DNA of 64,000 nt from Octopus sinensis (Eukaryota). The stretch lies in NCBI RefSeq assembly GCF_006345805.1, contig NC_043011.1, forward strand, positions 25,122,464-25,186,463. Reading direction: 5' to 3'. Of the stretch, positions 1 to 13,549 are shown one piece after another. The position numbers and the translations under genes were made by a program. Numbering within the stretch: the stretch's first letter is position 1; every line of letters starts with the position of its first letter. Below the pieces are notes generated by a model. It was given only the letters and a program-made list of their open reading frames with translations, was not told the DNA's origin and did not search any database.

Positions 1-739
1 TACAAGCTTGACATGTAAAATAATGTCACTAGTTTTTGCAGTTTTATTGTTTATATTTGTTGCTAATGCATGTCAGGCTGCTGGGACGTTCATCATGCAA
101 AAGATGAGGGAAATAAGCACTTTAATTGGAAACAAAGTTGGCAGCAGGAAAGGGATGAAACCTAAGGAGACAACCTCAACATTTTGTCCAGAAAAGATAG
201 AAGAATGTAATGAAATTATAAAATGTTTTAATTTCATAAAAATATAGGCTAGAACAGGGAACTGCAAAAGTTTTTTAAGGCTGTTCAAGTAGAATACAAT
301 TTATTGTACCATTGTGAAATTTACTTGTTATGGTGCCTCTATGAGCTGAAAAATGAAGTGATGTTAAAAGATTTTCTTGTAATGGAATCAGAGGACCAAG
401 AATGTTTATGTGATTGGCATTTTTGTTCAATATCACTGACCAAATAAATTATCAAAGTCTGAAATTATAAAGGTTGAATTAGTTCCTTACCTCCCTCTTT
501 TACTGCAACGTTTTAACATTCCATGCCAGGAATCTCTGTTCCCTATTAGCTTTCTGAATTTGGCCTTCAATTTTATGTTGTGTGTCACCAGAGTCATTGG
601 GTGGCCTTTGTCCTGTATTAGGGTGTTGAAGCCTCCAAATTATAACACCTGATATGGTTTGTTGGTCAGCATAATAAAAGCGGCCAGCAAAACCCTTTCC
701 TGCATTACCAACAAAGCAGAGGCAGATCGAATATGTCCT

Positions 740-965
740 TTAACTCTTTAGCATTTAAACCAGTCTTATCAGGCCCAAATATTATACCTGTTTTATATTC
801 AAACTGGCCTGATCTGGTCTCTCACATTTACCCTACAATATTATTCTAAAAATAAACACATTATTGAAGCTTCAAAGCTACAAGATGATGCATGACTAAT
901 TCAAAAGGATGTGAATAAATAAACTTTACACTTGACAAAGTAATCTGAATGCTAAAGGATATTAA
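740..965. mobile_element. piggyBac-like MITE (same family as 48750, opposite orientation)
   Basis: ttaa|ctctttagcattt ... gaatgctaaaggata|ttaa; internal sequence is the reverse complement of the 48750 copy. Confidence 0.7.
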
Positions 966-2215
966 TCTCTTCTTTTGTCTTGTGCTCAGCAATAAGATGT
1001 TTTGAGCCCTTATGAAAAGCTTAGTGTCTATATCAACAAGGGGATCTTGAAGCTCCTTTATACACCAGGTTTAAGCTCCATAGTGAAGAATACTCTCAGC
1101 AACCTCCCAGACTAGCCTTTGTTGACTCCGAAATACCCGACTGCCAAATGTTAAGTGTATCACAAGCATTCCAAGCTTGTCTTTCTTACAGACAGCAAAA
1201 CAGATTCCAAAATGTCACTGACTTGAGTTGCATGCCATCACTGAAACAAATTGGTTGGTGGCTTTCATCCTCATTCATAGTTATGCACACAGTTTTTTTC
1301 TTTACACTGAGAAGCAAGGCCTAAGCAGATAGCATTTTCAAGGAATGTTAGCAAGTCTTGCACATTGATCAGTTGATTAGCTGTGAGGGTAAGAACATTA
1401 GCACAGTCCAATGTCAGACAAGTACATGAAGACTTCCTAACACAATAGTAAAAAAAGGTATATTTTCCAACCTTTGGGCCTCTCATTACTTGGTATACGG
1501 TCACTATGTTCAATACTCCTCCCTCAGTTGTGTCCGCACTGCTGCTGCTGGTGCCACATGAAAAGCACCCAGTACACTCTGTAAAATGGTTGGCATTAGG
1601 AAGGTCATCCAGTTATAGAAATCATGCCAAAGTAAACATTGGGGTTTGATATAGTCCTCTGGTTTGTAAGGTTCTGTCAAACTATCCAACTTATACCAGC
1701 ATAGAAAACAGACTATGATGACAGCAATTGCAAAATCTAAAAAGTTATGAGCTTGAATTAAGAAACAGGTGAAACTCCTGATTCTTTGTAACTGAAATTT
1801 ACAAATGAATAATACTTTAACATTCAATTTTAATAGCTGTGGGTATTAAAAAATACCCACATTTGCAGTATCACTCATTGAAAATTGCACCAGATGTTTT
1901 ACCAATATTACCTAAGTGAACAGTTTTCCTCAAAATTAAATTCAGACAAAATTTATGGATAATCTTGCAACCAAACAATGAATTTCATCAACAGTTCCGT
2001 CTAACATTTCTGATTTTCTACATGATTTTAGTTGTCAGGATTTAAAAAATGACCTGCCATGCAGAAAACAATACTGAAGAGTTTTTTAATCCTCTATGCT
2101 CCAAACAGTTCAAGAACATCTGTTGAACTGTATAAATCTCTTTATTTTATAATGGAACTGCAAGTTTACAGGTCATTATTGTGATTGTTTAATCAGACAT
2201 AGGTCCAATTGAACA

Positions 2216-2444
2216 TTAACCCTTTCAATACCAACCCGGCTGAAACCGCCTCCGGCTCTGTAGTATAAATGTCTTGTTTTCATAAGTTTTGAATTAAAAT
2301 CTTCCACCAAACCGTAGTCACAATTTATGTTCCTTACACCAGCTTAATGATAACTAAGTTATTTTACTAAATTCTTTATTAATTTAAAATTAATTGAAAG
2401 AAACACAAAGCATCTCAAAATAAATACGGTAACGAAAGGGTTAA
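2216..2444. mobile_element. Second TTAA-flanked MITE family
   Basis: ttaa|ccctttcaatacc ... ggtaacgaaaggg|ttaa; 11/13 TIR match. Confidence 0.75.
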
Positions 2445-2489
2445 GTTGTAATCAAAGATGCTCCAGCTACAATTATCTCATCCTTCCAT

Positions 2490-2898
2490 ATACTCTTTTT
2501 ACTCTTTTACTTGTTTCAGTCATTTGACTGCGGCCATGCTGGAGCACCGCCTTTAATCGAGCAACTCGACCCCGGGACTTATTCTTTCTGTAAGTCCAGT
2601 ACTTATTCTATCGGTCTCTTTTTGCCGAACCGCTAAGTAACGGGGACATAAACACACCAGCATCGGTTGTCAAGCAATGCTAGGGGGACAAACAGACACA
2701 CAAACGCGTATATGTATATATACACACACATATACGACGGGCTTCTTTCAGTTTCCGTCTACCAAATCCACTCACAAGGCTTTGGTCGGCCCGAGGCTAT
2801 AGCAGAAGACACTTGCCCAAGGTGCCACGCAGTGGGACTGAACCCAGAACCATGTGGTTGGTAAACAAGCTACTTACCACACAGCCACTCCTGCGCCT
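2490..2898 (-). mobile_element. tRNA-derived SINE family A (CORE-like centre, internal (CA/TA)n), near full length
   Basis: Head gtggctgtgtggtaag..ggttcagtcccactgcgtggcaccttgggcaagtgtctt and tail ccagcatggccgcagtcaaatgactgaaacaag. Other copies at about 19270-19645(+), 45640-45992(+), 61830-62200(-), plus fragments at 15845, 16530, 18620, 42950, 43735, 45040, 51000, 59270 and 62600. Confidence 0.85.
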
Positions 2899-5661
2899 TA
2901 TATATCTAAGAATACATTAACCAGTTGTTGTTTTTATTTTTTCAAGTTTTATAATGTAGATGTGGCTGTTATTCTTAGCAATCTGGACAACCTCATGGAG
3001 GCACCCTCTATGTTTATAGTTATTGACAATGATATGACCAGGCAACGACTCACCACCATTGCCACCCACTTTTAGTATAAGACATGTCCTATGTACTCCA
3101 GTAGCTTTAATCTCGTGATAGTTGCAGATGTAGCTGTGATAGAGAAGCTTGCTTTCCAACACTCTACAGCAGCAGCTTGACCATGTGTATGTGTGTGTAC
3201 CCATGTCTTGACATCATATGACAGCTGTAAATGAGTAGCATGTCTACAATGAATAACATCTGAACATGGGAAACAATACAATCCTTGGGAGTAAGTGAAG
3301 GTTGGCAACAAGAAGGGCATCCAGCTGTAGAAAATCTGCCTCAATAAATTCCATAAGACCCATGCAAGCATTGAAAAGTGCACGCTAAATTATGATAATG
3401 ATAACAGCTTCTCTCTACCATGAGATTAAAACTAGCAGACAATGAAATTAGTCATCATCAACATTAATGTCATAAAACTTTATTCTTCTTTAACATGTTT
3501 CAATTGCATGAAAATAAAAGTATAAAAATAAAGAATGAAAACACAAGACATTTGTATATGAGAAGGGGGGCATTTATTGGCCTGAAAAAGGAAAGGTGAT
3601 TTGACATTTTTAACAGTGATTATTAATCTACTAAAACTTCAAGTGAAAGCTTTTGCTTTTCTTTTCTTTTTTCTTCCTTCCTATGAAAAAATTGTCAAGA
3701 ATATTATAAAGAAAAATATACAAAAAAAAAACAAAAAATAAAACTAAGAAATATCTGAGGCTTCGATGGAAGCCAATACATCTAGATGACGGCTGGAGCT
3801 CAGCAAGGTCAACTATGCAGCAAAGGCGGCACAACTAGCCATGCCATGTGTGCAGGCCCCATTAGCCATCTACATTACAAACTGGGTCTCAGTTGTCAAA
3901 CCAATAACTAAATCTATAGTTACAGCAAATCATCTGTGAAAATCCTTAAATCTTTTTAAACTTTAAAAAAGAATTATACTGGATTATCTTGTCATGGTGG
4001 GTTAAGCAGAGCAGACTTAGTTGGAATATTTACACAGATTGCATCATGATGCATGGGGTTGTTTTGTTTTGTTTGATTCTTTTTTAGTTATGGTGGTGAA
4101 TTCGTCCCTAAAGGAACATTATTATAGGATCAACAAAACATGAGGTAAATTGGTCTGAACTCAACCAATCAAAAGACCACTGACTTTTATAAAAGAATTA
4201 ACCAGATTGAGTTGTATGGAGTGGGTTGTTGTTATTACATCAGCCACAGCTGAACTGATAATTCTGTTAGACAACCCTAGAGTAACCTAGACAGTCAGTC
4301 ACTCCACAATCCCATCAAACAAACGGCAGTATTAAACTCAACAACATGAGTTGAGAAAGGATGTTCAGAAATCATTGCCTTAACCGAACTAGAAGACTAC
4401 ACTAATATCCTTAGCACATTCAAGGAGATTTACTATCAAGATTATAATTATGAAAATCATCAGAGAGTATTAAAAAAAAATGCACACAGTACATAACATA
4501 CTATCCTTTCACACCAGTGTGAAAGGGTTAAATTTCAGTTAATTTCAACCAGGAAACATAAAGCTGCTTGAATGGGGGAGAATGAGGAGTAATGTTATAC
4601 ACTGGTCTGATCTTCACTGAGGCCCAATTTCTTTCTTTTATAGGGGGGAGTGGGGGGAAATAGGAAATCAGCTAATCTACTACACATCACAACAAACAGA
4701 AAAAAGTTCATGCCTTAATGAATTAGGCCACACATTATTTGAATTTTATTTCTATTTGTTACATATTCTTTTTTTTTTCTTTTCTTTTTTTTATGGATAC
4801 CATAACAAACAGACACCAAGTCCCTTAGCCTTCCATATTTTTAGAACAGGTTAAAGACAGATTTTGATTCAGAAATGTAACAAAACAGAACAAAATTATT
4901 TTTAAAAAATGGGGAGTAGGGGTGGGATGGAATTCAGTCTAGAACCCAATGAAAAAAATATTTCAACAGTCTGGGTAAACTGAATTAAAGTCTTCTGTTT
5001 ATGTAATTTTTTGTATTTTTTTAAAATCTGCCTTCTAAAAATTACTTGACAACCACAGCAATCATCAGACATGAAGAATTAAGTCAGAGTAAAATAGTGG
5101 TGTTTTGTTGTTTTTTAAACTGTTATTTAGTCACAAGTTAGCTCTAATCAAGCAGACCTGCAGTCAAAGGTGTTCCAGCCATGGCCATAACACCTTTTGT
5201 CTTGAACTACATTATCCAATGTCTCTTTTCTTTTATCTAAGACAATGTGGTATGATTTGGCTGCTATTTCTTGCAGATCAAGTGACCATGTAGAGGATCC
5301 TTTATTGAATAGGCAACCACTTTATGAAATGGCAAATCATCTGTGTGTGTGTGAGAGAGAGAGAGAGAGCACATATCTCTGAACATCTTACAAGCATTTA
5401 GCCTGTTACAAATCATGGCTAATTTTCTCTCAGATATCAGGCAATGGAGCTATCAAAAAAAATTTTGCATGGTCAAAACTTTTGTTAAATTTGTCCAAAA
5501 AAAAAAAAAAATAAATAAATAAAAATAAAACCTTAATGTTGTTTAAAATTGAAAATTAATAATGACTAAAAGCCATTTGATCCTGTTTTTCCCCAGCAGA
5601 AATAAAATTTAAGACAATTCTACTTGGCACAAAAGATATTGCATAAAATACCTTTCATAAT

Positions 5662-5990
5662 ATTTCGTTTTGGGATTTGGTTTGCAAGATTCTTTATATG
5701 ATTTCATGTGTTGAAGCATATTCTGTTTTGTCTGGGGAGAGTCATTTTCTTTTTGTGCCTTATAATGTAACACACTCACCCTAAAATTTTCACTTTTTTC
5801 TTATTTTTATTCTCTTAAAATTTTTGTTGCATCTTGCAACCTTTTCAATAGTTTTGAGAGTCAAAACTATTGAAAAGGTTGCAAGACGCAACGAAAATTT
5901 TAGGAGAATAAAAATAAGAAAAAAGTTGAAATTTTACTGGTGAGTGTTATATTATAAGGCACAAAAAGAAAATGACTCTCTCCAGACACA
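5662..5990 (-). mobile_element. Fold-back Penelope-like (PLE) insertion: about 65 nt tail plus inverted repeat of about 130 bp
   Basis: 12-bp direct repeat acctttcataat at 5650-5661 and 5991-6002. Arms about 5727-5857 and 5861-5990 with a 3-nt loop. Minus strand encodes MTLPRQNRICFNT*NHIKNLANQIPKR. Confidence 0.7.
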
Positions 5991-6217
5991 ACCTTTCATA
6001 ATGTCGTGAAAGTATCGGACTGATCAGGAATAGTTTTATGAGTTTGTTCATGAAGAAAGATCAATGATAAAATGTAGCAATATGAAAAACACTTGGCTAA
6101 GTTTAAAACTAACAAGATGATATTGAAATTCAATGTCTATCTGCATAGACACACTTAGATATACTTTCTCGATTAATGAAGCTAGGTTATTTCTATCATT
6201 GTAAGAACATATATTAA

Positions 6218-6538
6218 AGACTCCGCCGGTTACAACGACGAGGGTCCCAGCTGATACGATCAACGGAACAGCTTGCTCGTGAAATTAACGTGCAAATGGC
6301 TGAGCATTCCACAGACACGTGTACCCTTAACGTAGTTCTCGGGGATAATCAGCATGACACAGAGAGTGACAAGGCTGACCCTTTGAAATACAAGTACAAC
6401 TCATTTTTGCCAGCTGAGTGGACTGGAGCAACATGAAATAAAGTGTCTTGCTCAAGGACACAACGCGTCGCCGGGAATCGAACTCACAACCTTACGATCA
6501 TGAGCCGAATGCCCTAACCACTAAGCCACGCGCCCTCA
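6218..6538 (-). mobile_element. tRNA-derived SINE family B
   Basis: Minus strand head ggcgcgtggcttagtggttagggcattcggc..gagttcgattcccggc (A and B boxes), then tgtccttgagcaagacactttatttcatgttgctccag. The same head and centre occur at about 23930-24248(-), 43990-44305(+) and 51335-51550(-). Confidence 0.85.
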
Positions 6539-6905
6539 CATATATAAGGAACAAATCATACACAAAAACTTGGCAAATCTCTCTTAATAACTTTGAGCCA
6601 ATGCCTAGTAGGTATTTTTGAAACTATCAATTACTAAAATAAACTAAAGTGAAAGAGTGTTTCTTTTTTGCTTTGTATTTTTTTACAATGAAAATTGTTC
6701 ATAAAAAAAGAAATGTAAAAAGAAAAATTTAACTTACAAAGTAGAGTTTAAGATACATAGAGTCACAAAACAGATACAAGAATATCATGCTAATTACTAC
6801 AACCATAATTTTAGGATGTGTTAGGGGCAATGTTTAGAACTGGAATAACCATTCTTTATTTCTCTCTTACTATACTTAATGGTTCCCTTGAGCTTGAGAA
6901 AACAA

Positions 6906-6937
<32 letters not shown>

Positions 6938-9900
6938 ATTATAATAATAAACCTTGTGAACCAAAAGAAGTTTTTTGATTTTTTTTTTTAATTTAAGATG
7001 TCATAGAAATATGACTGCAATTAAAGGATTCCAATGTTTGAAAATGAGGTAGGGAAAAAATAGGACAAAAGAAACAAAAATGAATTAGAAGATAAGAAAT
7101 TAATGTTTCTAAAGCAATAATATAAATATTGCTAAAAGACAGTGTAAAATGCTGCCACTTAAAGAGGGAGTGATTAAGGAAACAAGCCCATATATAATAA
7201 TAATAAAATGAAAGTTTTTGCTCTATTTTGTTGAACCACTCAACAAAAAGATAGGGGAAGGTGTAAATAAATATCTAAAAAAAAATAAAGACTCCCAGCA
7301 ATAACATATTGGTGTTTCAGTCCACAAACACACACACACGTGTGTGTATATATATATGTATGTATGTATGTATACACACATACGTATGTCATAAATGAAC
7401 TATAGACCAACCTACACATTGTTGGGTGGACGGAATTTAATAGCAGATACAAAATAAATAATTTCTTTTTTTTTTTCTTTCTTCTACTTTCTTACACTGT
7501 CATCCTTAACTCCAAAATCAATACTGATCCCTAACATGGAGGCACACAAGGATATATTGTAGGAATGATGTTGAAAATTATCAGAGATGGTGGAAGCCTA
7601 GCCAAATTAGCTTACCCCAACATCATTAACCATCTATGTGTTTCTTAAGAATAGAATTTTCTTTATGTAGATATAAAGCTTGAGATTCATAATTAGAACA
7701 CTTGTGAAGTTGTGACAATCATGCTGATTATTCTTTACACAGGCATGAAACCTGAAATTGTTAATTTTCAAAAGGACAAAGAGTGTTTAAACATTGCTCA
7801 TAATGAGCTTAATTATCAATGATAAATTTTTTTTACATCAGCACTATGCTGTAAGACATTATTTCTCAACTAGAGATCTCTGAAATGCAGGTATTCTTAC
7901 AGAAATGCATTTGTAAGTCAATTTCAGTGGTTAATTCTTTAGACATAATTATATCATGCAAACAACATTATTCTCTAAGATATATTTGTAGGTAGTAAGA
8001 AATCCTATGGCAAAAATAACTTCATAGGGAATTGTAAAGGAACTTGGTCTAAGCAAGTACTTAAGACAAAATTTCTTAAACCGTTTTTGTGGCCACTGAT
8101 GGATTAAGCACAACTGAATCTTTCAAAAGCAGTTTTATGATTTGCTTAGTCTCTTATGAAATTTAACTCCAAGATAGAGAAGAAAAAAATCGATAAAATC
8201 ATCACCACCACCATCATTTTATGCCCACTTTCCACTTTCTTGCTGACACAGGTTGGACAGTTTGATAGGATCAAATAGGTCAGAGAGCCACAACTTGCTG
8301 CTATATATATAAATTTTATTTAGGGGTCCCCCAAGAGGAACAAAAAGTTGCAAACTGCTTCTTCAAGGCTACAATTTTCAGAGGGAGAAGGGGAGTGAGA
8401 TGAGATTTTTTTTTCAATATGCAAACTAAAACAATTCAAATTGGACCATAAACTCAGTTTGTTGGCACTATACTCACTGCATTTGCCACTCACATTGTAA
8501 TGATGTGGTTCGACCAGGCACTGATGTGATAAAAGGCAATGTCAAACCAGGCAGGATCTAAACTCACTGTAAAACTTAACACACACACAGAGTCAAATTT
8601 TGTTAATTAATTTGACTGGTCCGAGTGTATTGCCGAGACTATTTTTGCTCAGCTCCATTACTCACACAAAGGTTGGACATGTGAGGGGATGGGGGTGAAA
8701 CTATGTATAATAAATTGTAGTCTGCAGTGATAACAACAAAATATATTAACAGATACAAGGCCACAAATTTGTAGAAGGTTATAAATTAAGCAGATTGACC
8801 CTTGTACACATTTGATTTTCACTTCATTTCAACAACCCCAGTGGGTTGTGAGTTGAATGTAGAGAGATGAATCTATAGTAACAACTGGCACAAAGTTAAA
8901 CATTTGTAAGTGGGAGAGTATAATCAATATCACTGAAAGCAAACTAAAGCTGGTGGGATTTGAACTAAGCATGTAATAGATCATAATACTGCATAGTGAT
9001 TTTATCCTATCACTTCACCCTTTTCTGCTATTCCAAGTAATAAAATAATGGTTTTTAACATAGGTACACAGCCTGAAATTCAAGACCCCATTATTTGACT
9101 GATACTTTATTTTCTCAACAACTGCCAGAAGGACAAAAGGCAAACCTGATTTTGCGAGATTTCAACTTAGAATATAAGACCCAAAAGAAATAGTGGAAGG
9201 CATTTTTGACCAATACGTATTTATAATAATAACAATGCCATGTCTTTTTGAGCCAGGCTTTTCCTTTTCAAATATTATCGGACAGCAAAATGTAAATAAA
9301 TTTCCAAAATTAAAACTAAAGCACTGTTTAACCAGAGCTGCTACTATTCATAGGATGCTAACAGAGGCTGTTGAAAAAAAGATGTTAATACAAGAGAAAT
9401 CAAGAGAGACTGAATACAGGACCGACATAGAACTACTTGGTTAGCAAACCTGCAAATGAGAAAAATTATGCTTCTTCATAAAATACTGACTTCACAACAC
9501 CTTCTTCAGAGAGATAATAAAATTGTAAAGGCTAGTCAACTAGATAGAATTATATATATAAAACTTTATCAAACTTCTAATGTTTCATAAAATTTAACTA
9601 AATATGCAATTTATGAAATTTAAAAATTTTCTAACAAGTAAAAATTTTCAAAGACGGAATTATGGAATAAATATATGAATATAAACATTTAACCGAATGA
9701 ATATTAAGTACTTGACAACAGAAGCAGAAAAAAGCTTTTATACACATGCATACACATATAGGTAAACCAAAATTTGATTTATTTACAGGTAAGCTTTCAC
9801 TTCACTGTTACTCAGAGATTCATTGCTAATAATGAGGAAAACTTAAATGTAATGATTGAGTAAAACCTCAGCTTTTCTTGTTTGTATATGCACAATGGAG

Positions 9901-11295
9901 ATCCATAACTTCAAAATAACTATACAGAAATATATAGAAACATATATATGTGTGTGTGTGTGTGTAAGAGAGCACAAACAAAAAAATTAAAACAGGTCAC
10001 TAGCAAGAACTAATTTAACTACCACTTTTCCAACAAGCTTTTATTTTCTCATCCACCACTACTACCAAGCAATACCCATATACTGAAATATTTCTTGATT
10101 TCTAATTTATGACACTAAATGGATAAGAGATGCTACTGTTTGTTTACTGTTGCTTCTTCCTTTTTGAATTAAAGATGCTAGTCAGTTTTGCCCATACCAG
10201 AATTTGAACTCAGCTCTTTAGTTTTGTATTTGAAATTAGAAAAAAAAATTACATTAAATCAGAAAGAAATATACAATTGCAAGTCCCTATCTTCCTCAGG
10301 CTACTTGGCACACATTCCACATTTAGAAAAGAATGTGTATGCATGTATGTGTTCATGTATATGTAGCTAGAAATGAATGTTAAGAAATTTTGACTGAGTT
10401 TAATATTTATGCACTGACTTGACACAGCAACTGGATGGTCAAATACTGCACAGCCAACAGTCACTAGTGACACACAGCAGGCAGACAATGCTCAGTGTCC
10501 AAAGACACTTCTTTCTTGTCTCAAGAAGAATTTCTTTATAAAGCATAAGAATCAATAATATCTAAATTAATCCCACCCACTGTCTTTATTTTTTTTAAAT
10601 ATATTTATCTGGGAAACATAACATCTAAATCAACCCACCAACCAACCAGTCAATCTTCATTTATTTCATGCAGTCAAAGAGTAACCATTCCTGTTGACTT
10701 CAGAGCAGGCTCTCAACCAAGTTACATATATCAAATGAAAAGATCTTAAAGCTCAGCACACCAAACCAACTGAAACAACTCGTAAATTTCTCAGGGCTCA
10801 CATTGCATCCCAGTTGGGCAGATTGAGAAAGAACGAATCAAGGGTTTTGGCTATAGAGCATACATAGCACAGCACTGATGACAGAATACAACATGTTTAC
10901 TCTTCAGACAGCCAGGTTGGCATATCTACCAACTAACTGAAGCCAGCTGTGGCTCAGTGTAGTAATACAAAAGATCAACGCAGTCTGTTATATTGTTATA
11001 CAATGTTATTTCCTTCAATTATTCTCATCAGTTTGTCCGTTAGCACCAAACATAAACCAAACCCCATCACAGAGGAATTTGTTGCTATTTTTCATTTTAA
11101 TTCTAAATACATAATAATAAGTAGTAACATCAATAATTATTATTACTATTACTGTAACACAATAATAAGGATTTCCTTCATTAGCATAAGAAAAAATTTA
11201 GAGGAATGTAGCTAACTGAATCATCATCCAATATATAACAATAATAATAATAATAATAAATCTCTGAGTAAGGTATAAACAGTAGCTGCACGACA

Positions 11296-11425
11296 TTGTG
11301 AAGTATATTTACCACTTAAATGTAGCTAACCCTTAAGTGTGGATGCTACTGTAGCTCGTAGTAGCATCCACCCAGCATCCACCCTTAAGGGTTAGCCACA
11401 TTTAAGTGGTAAATATACTTCACAA
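11296..11425. repeat. Palindromic remnant, arms about 55-65 bp
   Basis: ttgtgaagtatatttaccacttaaatgtagctaacccttaag..ggatgctact is mirrored by agtagcatcc..cttaagggttagccacatttaagtggtaaatatacttcacaa, with an 11-nt internal duplication. Confidence 0.8.
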
Positions 11426-11434
11426 ATGATAATA

Positions 11435-11780
11435 ATCCTTTCTATTATAGGCACAAGGCCTGAAATTTGGTGGGATGGGTTAAGTCAATTACATCAACCC
11501 CAGTACTCAAATGGTGCTTATTTCATCAACCTCAAAAGGATGAATGGCAAAGTCAACCGTAGCAGAACGTAAAGATGGATGAAATGCCACAAAGCATTTT
11601 GCCAGATCGCCACCTTAATAACAATAATAATAATACTTTTCTAATCTTGATAAAAGGCCAGCAATTTTGAGAAGAGTGGGCAAGTCAATTACATTAACCT
11701 CAGTAATTGATTGACATTTTATTTTAACAGCCCCAAAAGGAGGAATGGCAATGCCAATCTTGGTGGGATTCAACTTCTAA
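11435..11780 (-). mobile_element. Two tandem SINE family C copies
   Basis: Same unit. Single copies also at about 8745, 9045, 13205-13425, 17090-17310, 21205, 42005-42225, 54860-55040 and 61060 (all minus) and 59990-60150 (plus). Confidence 0.8.
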
Positions 11781-13004
11781 AATAAAGGAATTATCTTGAG
11801 AGGTTATAAAAATACTAAATATCAAAACTTTTGACCAATTTCACTTATTTTATTCCTTTTAGTTATTTTCAATTTTTTTCTATCATTTCTTTTAAAAGTT
11901 TTCTTTCCAGGTTAAAAAAAAAAGTAACACTAAGTATAGAAAAATGTTAATCCTTTAGTTCCTTGTATCAACTCAAAACTGATTTTAAAAAAATAAAATA
12001 AAAATTTGAGACATACACACACATTTATATATACATACATCTATCTATACATAAATATAGAAATTATGTGTTTTATGTATTTATATATAAACACACACAC
12101 ACACATTATATATATATGGGCCAAAAGTCATGCAACTGACACAGTTGACATCATCATCATCGTTTAGCATCCGCTTTCCATGCTAGCATGGGCTGGACCA
12201 TATTTATATTTTGTTATTATTATTTGTTTTGTTCATTATCATTTTATTTTATTCAATTTCAGAAAAATCGTTTTTGAAATGTGCAATATAAATATGACTT
12301 ATCTTGGTGCACGACTTTTGGCCCATCTTGTATCTTATATACACACACACAAAGTAAATATTTGGTGCGTAACTAACACACACAGAGTAAATATTTGGTG
12401 CGTAACTAAACGCACGCACACAGTGAGTCTAAGCCAGTAGCATATTAGAAAAATAACAACACACATACACAAATAATCCAATGGTTTTGAGGAGAGATGA
12501 GGGTTTTAGTTTCCAAGACACAAGATTTCGTAAGTAACACTGCAATGAAGTAAGGATCATCATAACCGGCATTATAAGAAACATAACAAACAAAGAAATA
12601 AACAAACACATTTGAATTTGATGCAGTTAATCTTTTCAAAGCAGACAATCAATTGATGTTTGCTACTTTGAGGGAACGTGGAGTATTATTTTTAATGTAT
12701 GAATTATGAATATAAAGAGGATGAGAAAAAAAAAAAGGCTGCTACAACAAAAGCTAGAGACAGAAACAAAGGTATGTGAGTGTGTGTACTATTAAGTAAT
12801 GCCTTCTTAGATATATTTGCCTTCATTGTATATATATATATTCAAATATATATCATATATAGATCTCACTGCATACACTACTAAAAGTAGTTTTGCAGGT
12901 CAGCTGACTGAAGGAAGTTAAGCTGAGTTACTCAACTATATTTATGTTTATACAAAGTTGTAGTTTTACATTACTATACAATTTCTCACCAGGTATAATT
13001 ATTT

Positions 13005-13007
<3 letters not shown>

Positions 13008-13071
<64 letters not shown>

Positions 13072-13080
13072 GAAAGAGAG
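13008..13080. repeat. Compound microsatellite (TA)n(CA)n(GA)
   Basis: Direct reading. Other notable ones: (TA)n at about 28858-28887 and 29336-29369, (TG)n at 18586-18614, (AG)n at 33090-33115, A31 at 41468-41498, (ATT)n at 60150-60190. Confidence 0.95.
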
Positions 13081-13549
13081 AAATAAAGGAGGGAGGATAT
13101 GGCAGTCTGCATATACTTTTCCATGGCAGTACAAAATAAATAAAATGGATTTTAGGATAAGAACCAACATGTTCTTTTGTTCTGTCAAATCTAGCATAAT
13201 AACAATGAAAATAATAATGGTTTCAAACTTCGGCACAAGGCCAGCAATTTGGGGGCAGGGGTAGGTCGATTACATCGACCCCAGGACTCAACCGGTACTT
13301 ATTTTATTGACCTAAAAGGATGAAAGTGAAGTCGACATTGGTGGAATTTGAACTCAGATCGTAAAGACAGGCAAAATGCTGCCAAGCATCTTACCAGGCT
13401 TACTAACGATTCTGCCAGCTTATTTTAGTAATAATAACAACAAACTAAAATGCTCAGAACCCCTTAAAAAATTCTGAGTATGATACAAATATATGTGCAT
13501 TATAAATATAAGTATGTATGCATGCATGTATGTATATATATATCTTTAT

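Noticed and set aside
8-247. ORF with a signal-peptide-like start (MSLVFAVLLFIFVANACQA) and three Cys
   Set aside because: Hydrophobic starts are common by chance in AT-rich DNA; there is no recognisable family, promoter or splice context, and it sits at the window edge.
490-735. Minus-strand frame containing FLAWNVKTL, similar to the start of an APE endonuclease (TWNVRTL) of RTE/CR1 LINEs
   Set aside because: A single short motif with no further alignable sequence; too weak to call.
6440-6538. tRNA-like sequences (also at 17418, 24150-24248 and 43990)
   Set aside because: SINE heads: A and B boxes are present but there is no complete cloverleaf, and they continue into SINE bodies.
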